A stretch of 38,374 bases of DNA, taken from assembly GCA_963787445.1 (NCBI GenBank), contig CAWBCT010000014.1, forward strand, positions 1 to 38,374. Direction: 5' to 3'. Under the pieces are notes generated by a model. It made no database searches. It saw nothing but the letters and a program-made list of their open reading frames with translations, and was not told the DNA's origin. Position numbers and translations under genes: made by a program. The DNA comes from an uncultured archaeon. Its GTDB lineage: Archaea; Micrarchaeota; Micrarchaeia; Micrarchaeales; CABMGC01. This document shows positions 19,798 to 30,548 of this stretch, one piece after another (the first letter of the stretch is position 1; the number at the start of each line of letters is the position of its first letter).

Positions 19798-20336
19798 TAA
19801 CCTAACTCGTCCCTGGAAAAAATAGCTATGTCGAGCCTTAGCTTGTGCTTGCCCCTGTCCGAATCGTCCTGGGATTTTGCTGACTCGGCACTGATCGTAA
19901 AATCTCTTGATGGCGAGGTCCGGCTTAGGTAGTACCACTCCCCGTCTTCGCACCCCTCATTTATCCTGTGGTGGACCAGCTCTCCGCTGTTTCTCAGAAA
20001 ATCCACAAGCATAAGGCTGAGCCCGTTCAACGGGTCCAGGTTGGTGGTGTTGTTCTTGACTATCCGGTAGGTGTGAACGCCGCGGAGGGCGAGCTTGAGA
20101 GGCTCGTCGGTCCCGCTGGACACCCCAAGCTGCTCGAAGCACGCACCCATAACCCTCGGGACAAAGCGCAGTGACTCGCTTGGCTGCCCTTCGATGACTC
20201 TTAGCGTCGCGCCCTCCAGGCTCCTGGGATTCGCTTCCGCAAACCGCTCAATCACGGAGATGAAAGTGGCGACGGGACTGGGCCTGCCTGAATCGACTGC
20301 AGCGGGTGCCTTTAGTTGCTTGTTCATTTGCATCAA
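19797..20336 (-). CDS. Hypothetical protein
   Basis: 179-aa ORF with AT-rich TATA-like region upstream. Confidence 0.5.
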   Translation of the reverse strand: MMQMNKQLKAPAAVDSGRPSPVATFISVIERFAEANPRSLEGATLRVIEGQPSESLRFVPRVMGACFEQLGVSSGTDEPLKLALRGVHTYRIVKNNTTNLDPLNGLSLMLVDFLRNSGELVHHRINEGCEDGEWYYLSRTSPSRDFTISAESAKSQDDSDRGKHKLRLDIAIFSRDELG

Positions 20337-20400
20337 GACCGTTTAAGGATAGGCAGGCTCTGTTGGTTTTTAAACATATAAATGTTTTACGAAAGAGCAG

Positions 20401-20946
20401 TCAATAGCTGAAGTACTCGTCAAGAGAGCCGATGAGGACGCGCAGATCCTTTGTCTCTTCGCGAAGGAGCCCCTCCCGGTTTATGTTCCAGACGTCCTGG
20501 TGCAAACGCGAACCCACGCTCAGGACGGGCGTGTAGCGGTTCAGCGGGCCGAACTTGCCGTTCATCAGGTTCATCACAATGGTCTCCCCCTCGCTCCTGT
20601 TCCCCTCCACCAGGTCAAGGTCCTTTTCCACTATGAGCTCCACAGCCCTGGTGCGCCTTAGCCCGTCGGAGATCCTCTCCAGGGATCTCAGCGCCCTCTC
20701 CGCCTCGGTCGCGTCGAGGTTCTTCAGCATGTGCCCCTTCCATTCGGCAGGGCTTATGACCGGGGCGAGCAGCTCGGCATCGACCCGCTGCTTCCTGAGC
20801 ACGCGCCCGATCGCAGCGGTGAGAACGTCGTCCCTGGCGATCACTATTATTACCTTCGGCTCCCTTACCCTTAAGGACTCGATGCCTAACGCTCTCGATT
20901 GGGGCGATCCGGCCGCGGTTCTCTCGTTTGCCCTTGAAACAAACAT
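20401..20946 (-). CDS. Hypothetical protein, possible degenerate receiver-like fold
   Basis: Promoter motif at 20968-20984; VIIVIARDD ... ELIVEKDLDL ... EGETIV ... TPVLSV spacing. Confidence 0.55.
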   Translation of the reverse strand: MFVSRANERTAAGSPQSRALGIESLRVREPKVIIVIARDDVLTAAIGRVLRKQRVDAELLAPVISPAEWKGHMLKNLDATEAERALRSLERISDGLRRTRAVELIVEKDLDLVEGNRSEGETIVMNLMNGKFGPLNRYTPVLSVGSRLHQDVWNINREGLLREETKDLRVLIGSLDEYFSY

Positions 20947-21015
20947 CAGTACCGCAGAATTACGTGCTTTTTCAGATATTTATAAATTGTTATGCATCAA
21001 TTATAGTGTGATTTC

Positions 21016-22063
21016 ATGGTGGGGACGGAGAAGCAGGAAAAGAGGGTGAAGGAGCCGAGCGTCATAGTCAAGCCTCTGGGCTGGCTTGGCGGCCTCGACG
21101 GGATACACCTCTCGCTGATGGTCCTTGTCGTGATACTGATCGCACTGCTGCTCGCGGTCTCAGCATCGGGCAGGCAGCTGGGCAGCGGCCAGCTGAACTG
21201 CACCTACGGGAGCGTGAACGGAACCTGCATCGCGCCGCTGCACAACCAGTCGCAGGTGCTGCTTGCCGCGGGGAGGTTCATCGCCGGGTACACTTCCGTG
21301 AACTCCTCGCTCTCCCTGCTGCCCTACATCTCGGACATGGCGAACGCCAGCGTCTCCTACGGCCTGGAGAGCGGCGCCTGGAACGTGAAGGTGCCCGAGA
21401 AGAACCCGTACAGCCAGACAACCTTCTATCTCCAGCTCTCGGTCAATGACACGAACCTCTCGGTCCTGCCGTTCATCCAGTCCGCTTCGCCCTCCGGCAG
21501 CGACGGACAATTACGTTTCAGCCTACGGGACGGTGAAGCTCGCGGGCAAGAGCGCGTGCTCGGTCACCAGCCCGACCCAGGTGTACTGGTTCATCGACCC
21601 CTACGCCTCGGGCAGCATAGGCAGCCTTGCAAGCCTTCTAAGCCTGGAAAGCGCCCAGGGCAGCAGGATCGCGCCGCATCTGGAGATACTCTACACCCAG
21701 GCCTCGCAGGGGATGGCGGGCACCTACGGGCTCAACAACACGCATCCTCTTCGGCCAGTACCTCTTCTGCGCCTCCCAGCAGCCCAACTTCAGCGTCTTC
21801 GCGAGGACGGTGAACAGCACCTACAGCGGGCTGTACATGAGCCCTGGAACACTGCAGACCCTGGCTAACGACTCGAGCCTCAACCAGGGCGAGCTCTCAT
21901 CCTGCATAACCGGCGCGGGCACTTTCATAAATAGGCAGGCGGTGCTGGCCCAGTACTACAACATAACCTCCACGCCGCTGGTGATCACAAACTGCCAGTA
22001 CCAGTCCATCCCGCAGACAACGTCTCCAGCGCGCTCTGCGTGGCTAACACGACGCTGTGCTGA
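21016..22063 (+). CDS. Membrane-anchored extracellular protein with degenerate DsbA/thioredoxin-like fold; split by about three frameshifts
   Basis: N-terminal TM, many NxS/T sequons, WFIDPY and YNITSTPLVITN motifs spread over ORFs 21016-21813, 21446-21868, 21810-22148. Confidence 0.6.
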
Positions 22064-22190
22064 TCGGGAAAGGCAGGCTGCACAGGAAAACGGCATGATA
22101 CTCCTATGTGCAAAGTTGTGTAACCTATATAAACATGTCCGTTCATAATTAAGCGATTTTCTGCCGACGGGCAGCAACTACGATGACAAC

Positions 22191-22520
22191 ATGAAAACTT
22201 CAACCACTTCAGATTCCATAAAGGAGGTGCAGGACGCGGAGATAGAGGCCGTAAGGATGCTGGAAAGGGCCGCATCCTGGAGGGAGGGGCTGCTCGCCAA
22301 GGCGCACGCCGACGCGCAGAAGCTGCTCGCAGGCACGGAGGAGGAGATAAAGAGCCTCAGGGCCGAGTCCTCAAAGGTGATAGACAAGGAGGCGGGCGCG
22401 GTGAGGAAGGCGCTCATCGCCAAGGCTGAGAGGGAGGCCGCAGCCGCCTCGAAGAAGAAGCTCAACAAGCAGAAGGAGAAGAAGGCGATAGAGGAAGCGG
22501 TCTGGATGGCGCTTGAATAG
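22191..22520 (+). CDS. atpH: A-type ATP synthase subunit H
   Basis: Charged coiled-coil (SIKEVQDAEIEA) immediately upstream of subunit I. Confidence 0.75.
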   Translation: MKTSTTSDSIKEVQDAEIEAVRMLERAASWREGLLAKAHADAQKLLAGTEEEIKSLRAESSKVIDKEAGAVRKALIAKAEREAAAASKKKLNKQKEKKAIEEAVWMALE

Positions 22521-22566
22521 TGCTGCCCGGAGTTCCCAGTCCAGATAAAGGTAAAAGGTAAAACTG

Positions 22567-24441
22567 ATGTTCAAAACCGAGCCCATGAAGAAAGTGAGGA
22601 TGATCTGCCTAGAGAAGCAGCGCGCGCAGGTCATCACCGCGATGCACAGGCTCGGGATGATAGACCTCAGGAAGAGCAAGGCGGCCGTGGGAGACGCGGG
22701 CGTGGACGCAGACCAGCTCAACATCCTGAACGAGAGGCTCGTCAGGATAAACGGCGCCATGGCGGTCCTGAGCAAGAGGCCGCCGAAGAAGGTGAGCCAC
22801 CAGGACCTCAGTAGGATAATACACAGCGCGGCCTACACCAAGGCGCTGGATGAGATTTACAATGACAGCGACCGGCTGAAGCAGGTCGCGGAGAGGAAGG
22901 CTGAGCTCGCCGAGGCAAGGAGGGTGGCCCAGAGCCTCATAGGAATACACATAGACCTCTCCAAGCTGGAGAGCGAGAGGCTGGCCATAAGGGGCTTTGA
23001 GGCAGAGGCGGAGATACTAGGCAAGGTGATGGACGGATTCAGGAAGGCGGGAAGCGGGATCCGAGTAGCGCACAGCCCGGTGCGCAACAAGATGGCGCTG
23101 GTGGTCGTGGCCTGCGAGAAGGGCACGAACGCAGAGGAAGTGATAAAGGAGCACAAGCTGAAGGAGGTGGAGCTCAGGTCGAAGTATTTCAAGGGCAGCC
23201 CGGAGGAGTCGGTGCACACCATAGACGTCCTGATAAGCGGGAACGCGGAGGAGCACGCGGCGGCGAAGGCGAGGAAGGAGCAGCTGAGCGACAGGCACTA
23301 CGCCCATCTCCTTGCGGCGAGCGAGGCGCTGCAGATAGAGATCACCAGGCTGAACGCGGCGCTCATCTTCAAGAAGACCGATTCGACGATCATAATAGAG
23401 GGGTGGATCCCCGAAAAGAACGTGCAAGAGTTCAAGAGCACGATGCAGAACGAGACCAGGGGGATGATGTACCTTGAGGAGATCGACGGGCATGACGAGC
23501 TTGCCCCGACCTTGACCAAGAGGCCCAAGTTCCTCAGGTCCTACGACTACCTGGTGGAGTTCCTCTCGGTCCCGAGGAGCGACGAGCTCGATCCCACCTG
23601 GATCTTCATCATAACCTTCCCGATCTTCTACGGCTTCATGGTCTCGGACGTCGGCTACGGGATCCTCTCCATGATACTCGCAACCTACATAAAGAGGATA
23701 ACGGATCCGGAGGGGCTTGTCTACAACGCCTCCACCCTGTGGCAGCTGAACGGCGCTGCGGCGATAGTGTTCGGGTTCATAACCAACCAGTACTTCGGAC
23801 TTCAGTTCAACCAGTACTTCACCACCTTCTCGGGCATCGACTGGTTCAAGAGCATCCCGACCCTGATGGTCATCGCGGTGCTGTTCGGAGTGGTGCAGAT
23901 AGTACTTGGACTGGCCTTCGGGTTCTATAACAAGATGCACCACCATGAGAAGAAGCTCGCCATAAGCAAGCTCACCTCAATAGTCCTCATAATTGCTGGA
24001 ACCATCGCAATCTGCGGCGGCCTGTTCGGCACGTTCAGCTACACGGTAAGCCTTGCGGCGGCGATCCTCGCCCTGCTGATGCTCGTGGCGACCATGGTGC
24101 TGGCAGGCCAGGAAGCGGGAGAGGTGCCCACGCTCATAGCCCACATCCTGAGCTACAGCAGGCTGATGGGCTTCGGCCTGGTGAGCATAATCATCGCCTT
24201 CCTGATAGACCTGGCCTTCACCCCCACGTTCGGAAGCGGGGGGATCTGGGGAATAATCACTTTCATACTTTACCTAGTAATCTTTTTAGTCTTGCACGTC
24301 ATGAATATGATAGTCTCGATGTTCGAGGCGATGGTGCAGGCGGTAAGGCTGAACTTCGTGGAGTTCTTCACCAAGTTCTACCAGGGCGGCGGAGTGAAGT
24401 TCAAGCCGTTTTCATACAAGAGGGTTTATACTAAAGAATAA
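22567..24441 (+). CDS. atpI: A-type ATP synthase subunit I
   Basis: IEGWIP, ELDPT, FYGFMVSDVGYG, LSYSRLM, RLNFVEFFTKFY motifs. Confidence 0.96.
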   Translation: MFKTEPMKKVRMICLEKQRAQVITAMHRLGMIDLRKSKAAVGDAGVDADQLNILNERLVRINGAMAVLSKRPPKKVSHQDLSRIIHSAAYTKALDEIYNDSDRLKQVAERKAELAEARRVAQSLIGIHIDLSKLESERLAIRGFEAEAEILGKVMDGFRKAGSGIRVAHSPVRNKMALVVVACEKGTNAEEVIKEHKLKEVELRSKYFKGSPEESVHTIDVLISGNAEEHAAAKARKEQLSDRHYAHLLAASEALQIEITRLNAALIFKKTDSTIIIEGWIPEKNVQEFKSTMQNETRGMMYLEEIDGHDELAPTLTKRPKFLRSYDYLVEFLSVPRSDELDPTWIFIITFPIFYGFMVSDVGYGILSMILATYIKRITDPEGLVYNASTLWQLNGAAAIVFGFITNQYFGLQFNQYFTTFSGIDWFKSIPTLMVIAVLFGVVQIVLGLAFGFYNKMHHHEKKLAISKLTSIVLIIAGTIAICGGLFGTFSYTVSLAAAILALLMLVATMVLAGQEAGEVPTLIAHILSYSRLMGFGLVSIIIAFLIDLAFTPTFGSGGIWGIITFILYLVIFLVLHVMNMIVSMFEAMVQAVRLNFVEFFTKFYQGGGVKFKPFSYKRVYTKE

Positions 24442-24452
24442 AAGTTGATAGA

Positions 24453-24689
24453 ATGGCAATAACAATGGAAGCTGCGGTTGCAGCGATTGGAGCCGCAATA
24501 GCGATAGGAGTTAGCGCAGTAGCAACAGGATACGCGCAGGCAGCGATCGGAAGCTCGGGAATGGGCTTGCTAGCAGAGAGGCCGGAGGAGATGGGACGGG
24601 TGCTTCTGTTCATGGTGCTGCCGGAGACTCTGGTAATCTTCGGCTTCGTAATAGCTATCCTGATTGCCCTCGGTGCAGGCCTTATCTAA
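24453..24689 (+). CDS. atpK: A-type ATP synthase subunit K (c)
   Basis: Single hairpin proteolipid with AERPE loop and LPETLVIFG. Confidence 0.95.
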   Translation: MAITMEAAVAAIGAAIAIGVSAVATGYAQAAIGSSGMGLLAERPEEMGRVLLFMVLPETLVIFGFVIAILIALGAGLI

Positions 24690-24706
24690 GGGTGCTGGTG
24701 CAAATC

Positions 24707-25264
24707 ATGGCGCTAAACGACCTGAAGAAAGGGATAACCGACGAGGCCAGGGAGAAGGCGGCCAGGGCCGAAGCGGATGCGCGGACGGAGGCGAAGCGCA
24801 TCCTCGATGAGGCCAGGGCCCAGGCCAAGCAGAGCATCGCGGAGGTCAAGGAGTCGCTGAAGGCGGCGGAGAAGTCCACCCTGGAACAGTCCCAGGGAGA
24901 CGCGCAGTCCGAGGCGGCGGAGAGGGTCCAGAAGGCGGCCGACGAGGCGGTCGAGGCCGAGCTCAACCGGATAAAGAAGCAGATAGTCAAGGAGCTCGCG
25001 ACCAGGCACATGGACGAACTCCTCAAGAACGCGCTCAAGCGGTTCAAGGACGTCGCGCCGGGAGAGGGCTTCACGGTGGAGATAACCAAGAAGTACGCGC
25101 CCCTGGTCAAGGGAGCGGCGAAGGTCGTCCCGGTCAAGGACGACGGGCACATCGTGCTCTACACCAGCGACCGGAAGGTCGTGCTTGACAGCAGCGCCGA
25201 CACTGTGGTCGAGTCGAACATCCCAGGGATAAAGTCGATGCTCATCAAGAGCATGGAGCTGTAG
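24707..25264 (+). CDS. atpE: A-type ATP synthase subunit E
   Basis: MALNDLKKGITDEAREKA coiled coil; operon position. Confidence 0.85.
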   Translation: MALNDLKKGITDEAREKAARAEADARTEAKRILDEARAQAKQSIAEVKESLKAAEKSTLEQSQGDAQSEAAERVQKAADEAVEAELNRIKKQIVKELATRHMDELLKNALKRFKDVAPGEGFTVEITKKYAPLVKGAAKVVPVKDDGHIVLYTSDRKVVLDSSADTVVESNIPGIKSMLIKSMEL

Positions 25265-25272
25265 GTGCAAGA

Positions 25273-26331
25273 GTGTTCGGCGGGAATCCACTGAAGTACG
25301 GCTACTCCAATACGAGGGTCAAGGCGATGGAGGCGAAGCTCCTGAGCGGAGAGACCATGCAGACAATAATCAACGCAAAGGACGTGGGCACGATCCTAAC
25401 CAATCTTGTCCAGACGGATTACAACAAGGCGCTCCTGGGATTCGGCGGGGTGCAGATGAAGCAGTCGATGATAGACTTCGCCATGAGCCAGAACCTCGCC
25501 GAGCGGATGACCACGCTGGTAAAGGTAACGCCGAAATCCGACAGGGAGATAATAAGGACCCTGGTCAGAAGGTTTGGATTGTCGAACGTGAAGCTGGCGA
25601 TTGAGGCGAAGAGCAGGGGCCTCGCCTACGAGGACGTCTCGAAATACGTGCTCAACTACGGCTCCTACGACCAGCACATAGTGAAGGAGGCGTTCAAGGA
25701 GGACAGCGTGGCGCACATGCTGGACAGGTTCCTGAAGGTTAGGAGCGCCTCGCACATAATAAGGGCGGGAGTGGCAGCCTACGCAAAGAAGAAGGACGTG
25801 TTCGAGGCGATAGCGGCGATAGACTCGGCCTATTATGAATCCTACTCAAAGCTCATCGAAGAAGTTGGCGACAGGAGCAAGCCCGCGGTGGAGATACTTA
25901 AGATGGAGATAGACGCGAAGAACATAATCACGCTCATAAGGGCCAAGGGAAGGAGGCTCCCATTCAAGGACGTCTCCGAGTACCTGATACAGAACGGAGG
26001 AACCTCGGAGAGCACGTTCAAGAAGAGCTATGAAGGCGCGGCGAGCGTGGAGGCCTTCGCGAAGGAGGTAAAGGCGCCGGGGATGAAGGAGGCGCTCGAG
26101 TCCTACAAGGCAAGCAAGCAGCTCATCGCCTTCGAGATTGGACTAAGGAACGCGATACTCATCAAGAGCATGAAAACCCTGAGGCACAGCGTGCTCTCGT
26201 TCGGGACAATCATCTCCTACGTATACTCAAAGGAGATTGAGGTTCTCACCCTGCGCATACTCGTCAAGAGCAAGGCCTACGGGCTGAGCAAGGACGAGGT
26301 TTCAAAACTGATAACATGGAAGCTAAACTGA
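25273..26331 (+). CDS. atpC: A-type ATP synthase subunit C
   Basis: YGYSNTRVKAMEAKLL, EIDAKNI, KEIEVLTLR motifs. Confidence 0.93.
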   Translation: MFGGNPLKYGYSNTRVKAMEAKLLSGETMQTIINAKDVGTILTNLVQTDYNKALLGFGGVQMKQSMIDFAMSQNLAERMTTLVKVTPKSDREIIRTLVRRFGLSNVKLAIEAKSRGLAYEDVSKYVLNYGSYDQHIVKEAFKEDSVAHMLDRFLKVRSASHIIRAGVAAYAKKKDVFEAIAAIDSAYYESYSKLIEEVGDRSKPAVEILKMEIDAKNIITLIRAKGRRLPFKDVSEYLIQNGGTSESTFKKSYEGAASVEAFAKEVKAPGMKEALESYKASKQLIAFEIGLRNAILIKSMKTLRHSVLSFGTIISYVYSKEIEVLTLRILVKSKAYGLSKDEVSKLITWKLN

Positions 26332-26666
26332 AGAACAAGTACAAGATCGCGCTGGTAGGCGGGGAGCAGCTAGCCCTCGGCTTCCAGATCGCGGGAGTGA
26401 AGGACTCGTTCATAGTGGAGAGCGGCGCCGACTCAGAGCACGCCATAAGGGAGCTACTCAAGAGGGACGACATCGGACTGATAGTCATCACCACGACGGT
26501 CACCAGAAGCATAAAGGACAGGAAGATACTCAATGCAATAGACACGAGCCTCATGCCAATGTTCATAGAGGTTCCGGAGTACAAGGAGGAGTTCAAGCAG
26601 GACATGCTTAGAAAACTCATACTCAGGGCTATCGGCATAGACATAACAAAAATGAAAGGTAGTTGA
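26316..26666 (+). CDS. atpF: A-type ATP synthase subunit F
   Basis: [31 protein letters not shown] motifs. Confidence 0.93.
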   Translation: MEAKLKNKYKIALVGGEQLALGFQIAGVKDSFIVESGADSEHAIRELLKRDDIGLIVITTTVTRSIKDRKILNAIDTSLMPMFIEVPEYKEEFKQDMLRKLILRAIGIDITKMKGS

Positions 26667-26667
26667 T

Positions 26668-28461
26668 ATGGGAGCGATAAAAAGAATTTCAGGACCACTG
26701 GTAATAGCGAAGGAGATGCTTGGAAGCAACATGTACGACGTAGTGCACGTTGGGAAGTCCAAGCTGGTAGGGGAGATAATCCAGCTGCGCAAGAGCGACG
26801 CAGTCATCCAGGTTTATGAGGATACAACTGGACTCAAGCCGGGAGAGCCAGTCGAAAGTCACAGGTTCGCAGCTTTCAGTGGAACTCGGACCAGGCTTAC
26901 TTGGAGGAATCTACGACGGAATCCAGAGGCCACTTTCAGTGATAGAGAAGAAGAGCGGGAGCTTCATCGGAAAGGGAATCACGGCAGACGCGCTGGACAG
27001 GAAGAAAAAGTGGAAGTTCAGTGCGACGCTGAAGAAGGGCGCGCACGTGGAAGAGGGAACGATACTCGGACACGTTCAGGAGACGGAGATCACAAAACAC
27101 TACATCATGGTGCCGAAGGGCGTTGAAGGAAAGCTCACAATGATAAAGAGCGGCAACTTCACGGTCGACGACGTTGTGGCAAAGGTAGACAGCAAGAAGA
27201 AGTCGGTCAACATCACCATGGCGCAGAAGAGATCGGTTCGAGTTTCAGGAAAGTTCAAGAACAAGTTCGGAACAAACGAGCCGCTCATGACGGGAATGCG
27301 CGTAATCGACACGCTCTTCCCAGTCGCGAAGGGCGGAACAGCAGCAATTCCAGGGCCGTTCGGCGCAGGCAAAACCGTGGCTCAGCAGTCATTGGCAAAG
27401 TACTCGGACAGCGACATCGTAGTCTACATCGGATGCGGAGAGCGAGGAAACGAGATGACGGAAATTCTCACGGAGTTCCCTCACCTGAAGGACCCGAAGA
27501 CAGGAAAGCCGCTTATGGAACGAACCGTGCTGATCGCAAACACGAGCAACATGCCGGTAGCAGCAAGAGAGGCAAGCATCTACACAGGAGTCACGATCGC
27601 AGAGTACTACAGGGACATGGGCTACAACGTGGCGGTCATGGCAGACTCAACATCCAGATGGGCAGAGGCCATGAGGGAAATCTCGGCAAGGCTTGAAGAG
27701 ATGCCTGGAGAGGAAGGATATCCGGCTTACCTTTCAAAGAGGATTGCGGAGTACTACGAAAGGGGCGGAAAGGTGGAGAGCCTGAATGGCTCGCACGGCT
27801 CCATAACATTGGTAGGGGCGGTATCTCCTGCAGGAGGAGACATTTCAGAGCCGGTTTCGCAGGGTACGCTTAGAGTGGTAAAGACCTACTGGGCGCTAGA
27901 CGCAGGGCTTGCGAACTCCAGGCACTTCCCGTCAATCAACTGGCTCAACAGCTACTCGCTCTACCTTGACGCGCTCGAACCGTGGTACATCAAGAACGTG
28001 GGAGAGGAGTACGTGAAGGACAAGAAGGAGGCGATGAAGCTGCTCCAGAGGGAGGCTGAACTGAAGGACATAGTCCAACTCGTAGGAGAGGACGCATTCC
28101 GGATGCAGAAAGAGTCCTTCTTACAATAGGAAGGATGCTCAGGGAGGACTTCCTGAGGCAGAGCGCCTTTGATGACACGGACGCCTACACCAGCATGAAG
28201 AAGCAGGCGGGAATGCTTGGCACGATACTTCACTTCTCAAGGGCTGCAAGCAACGCGGTCCAGAAGGGAGTGCAGCTGGACAAGGTCTCGAACGTCCCGG
28301 TAAGGGCGGAGATCTCAAGGATGAAGGGAATCTCTGAGAAGGAGTTCGAAGCGCACGAGAAGAAGCTCAAAGCGGGCATCACGAAGGCGTTCAACGACCT
28401 GATCGCGGAGGAGAGCCAGACGGCTTCCACTGCGGTGGTCGAGGCAAAGAAGAAGAGTTGA
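26668..28461 (+). CDS. atpA: A-type ATP synthase subunit A, with two apparent frameshifts (about 26857 and 28098; probably sequence errors)
   Basis: [24 protein letters not shown] (Walker A), [24 protein letters not shown] spread over three ORFs. Confidence 0.95.
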
Positions 28462-28465
28462 TCAC

Positions 28466-29902
28466 ATGGCACTAGAAATAGAGTATAAAACAATAGAAAG
28501 GGTAGCGGGACCGCTGGTGGTTGTAGGGAAGGTAGGCAACGCCTCCTACAACGAGATAGTGAAGATAAAGCTGAAGAGCGGGGAGTTCAGGTTGGGCCAG
28601 GTGCTCGACACGAGCGACACCCAGGCAATAGTACAGGTGTTCGGGCCGACGAACGGGATCAACGTGGAGAACAGCTCGGTCAGCTTCCTTGGAGACACGT
28701 TCAGCGTAAGGGTTAGCGAGAAGATGCTCGGACGAATATTCGACGGCCAGGGAAGGCCAAAGGACAAAGGACCGGCGATAGTCAGCAACGAGAAGAGGGA
28801 CATCAACGGCGCCCCAATCAACCCGGTATCGAGAGTCTACCCAAGCGACTTCATCCAGACAGGAATCTCAACCATAGACGGGCTCAACACCCTGGCAAGG
28901 GGCCAGAAGCTGCCAATCTTCTCCAGCTCCGGACTTCAGCACAACCAGCTGATGGCCCAGATCACCAGGCAGGCGAAGGTAAAGGGCAAGAACGAGTCGT
29001 TCGCAGTGGTGTTCGCAGGAATAGGAGTCACCTACGACGATGCAGACTACTTCATCAGGGAGTTCAGGAGGACGGGCGCAATAAAGAGGACGGTGGCTTT
29101 CATCAACCTTGCTGACGATCCAAGCATCGAGAGAATAATCACCCCTAGATTGGCTCTAACTACGGCAGAGTACCTTGCCTACGAGAAGGGAATGCACGTG
29201 CTGGTCATCCTAAACGACATGACCAACTATGCAGAGGCCCTGAGAGAGCTCGCAAGCGCAAGGGAGGAAGTTCCTGGAAGAAGAGGATACCCCGGATACA
29301 TGTACACCGACTTCGCAAGCATCTACGAGAGGGCGGGAATCATCAAGGGCAAGAAAGGCAGCATAACGCAGCTCAACGTGGTTACGATGCCTAGCGACGA
29401 CGTAACTCACCCGATTCCGGACCTGACAGGATACATCACAGAGGGACAGATCTTCATGAGCAGGGCGCTCAACAACAAGGGCATCTACCCGTCAGTCAAC
29501 CCATTGGGATCCCTATCCAGGCTTATGAACAACGCCATAGGTAAGGACAAGACCAGAGAGGACCACAGGGGCTTCGCAGACCAGCTGTTCGGAGCCTACG
29601 CAAGGGCGCAGGACGCAAAGAGCCTGAGCTCCATAGTAGGTGCGGAGGCCCTGAGCGAGATAGACAGGAAGTACCTCAATTTCGGAGACGCGTTTGAGGA
29701 CAGGTTCATAAGGCAGGGATTCGACGAGGACAGGAGCATAGAGAGGACCCTGGAGATAGGATGGGAACTCCTATCGATGCTTCCTGAGACCGAGCTCTCA
29801 AGAATCAAGGAGGAGTACGTGAAGAAGTACTACAAGAAGGCTGCGCCTTCCCATGAAAAGGAGCAGAAGGAAGAGGCTCCTGAGAAGAAGGCAAAGAAGT
29901 AA
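28466..29902 (+). CDS. atpB: A-type ATP synthase subunit B
   Basis: [36 protein letters not shown] motifs. Confidence 0.97.
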   Translation: MALEIEYKTIERVAGPLVVVGKVGNASYNEIVKIKLKSGEFRLGQVLDTSDTQAIVQVFGPTNGINVENSSVSFLGDTFSVRVSEKMLGRIFDGQGRPKDKGPAIVSNEKRDINGAPINPVSRVYPSDFIQTGISTIDGLNTLARGQKLPIFSSSGLQHNQLMAQITRQAKVKGKNESFAVVFAGIGVTYDDADYFIREFRRTGAIKRTVAFINLADDPSIERIITPRLALTTAEYLAYEKGMHVLVILNDMTNYAEALRELASAREEVPGRRGYPGYMYTDFASIYERAGIIKGKKGSITQLNVVTMPSDDVTHPIPDLTGYITEGQIFMSRALNNKGIYPSVNPLGSLSRLMNNAIGKDKTREDHRGFADQLFGAYARAQDAKSLSSIVGAEALSEIDRKYLNFGDAFEDRFIRQGFDEDRSIERTLEIGWELLSMLPETELSRIKEEYVKKYYKKAAPSHEKEQKEEAPEKKAKK

Positions 29903-29914
29903 TTGGATGGATAA

Positions 29915-30538
29915 ATGGTAGAGAAGCTGAATCCGACGAGGATGAATCTGATAGAGACCAAGCGCAGGACGCGCACGGCCACTAGAGGATACGGCATCCT
30001 GAAGAGGAAGAGGGAGGCATTGGTCCTTGAGTTCCTCAAGCTGCTTAAGGAGTCTGGAAAGGGAAGGAGCAATCTCTACGATGAACTTCAGAAGGCTTAT
30101 GGTACGGTAAGGACAGCCTCATCCTACGTTGGAAACTTCGAGCTAGAGACAGCCGCACAGCAAGTTAAGGCGGCAGAGGAGATTGGAATTTCGGTCAGCA
30201 ACATCATGGGAGTAAAAATCCCAGAGACCATAAAGGGTGAGAAAGGAAATGGAATGGGACTTAACCTGCTTTCCACAAGCGTTGCGGTGGATGACATCAA
30301 TAACAGCTTCAACGATGTGATAGACACGGTTATAGACGTTGCTCAGAGGGAGCAAGGGTTGAAGAGACTTGTAATCGAGGTCGAAAAGACAAAGAGGAGA
30401 GTTAATGCTCTTGACTACATAGTTATACCCAACCTGAAGTCCCAGTCGAAATATATCTCCCAAAGACTGGAGGAACTTGACCGCGATATGTTCTCCGCTT
30501 TGAAGCACGTAAAGAAGAAGCTGGATAAGGGATCTTGA
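29915..30538 (+). CDS. atpD: A-type ATP synthase subunit D
   Basis: PTRMNL, LKRKREAL, NIMGVKIP, KTKRRVNAL motifs. Confidence 0.96.
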   Translation: MVEKLNPTRMNLIETKRRTRTATRGYGILKRKREALVLEFLKLLKESGKGRSNLYDELQKAYGTVRTASSYVGNFELETAAQQVKAAEEIGISVSNIMGVKIPETIKGEKGNGMGLNLLSTSVAVDDINNSFNDVIDTVIDVAQREQGLKRLVIEVEKTKRRVNALDYIVIPNLKSQSKYISQRLEELDRDMFSALKHVKKKLDKGS

Positions 30539-30548
30539 AGGCCATCCT

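Noticed and set aside
2989-20984. Integron-like cassette array or CRISPR array from the recurring AT-rich motif
   Set aside because: Motif is short, non-palindromic, irregularly spaced, on both strands and always at promoter distance from a start codon
26850-28100. Intein or programmed frameshifting in atpA
   Set aside because: No inserted domain; both breaks are single-base indels without slippery heptamers, consistent with sequencing error
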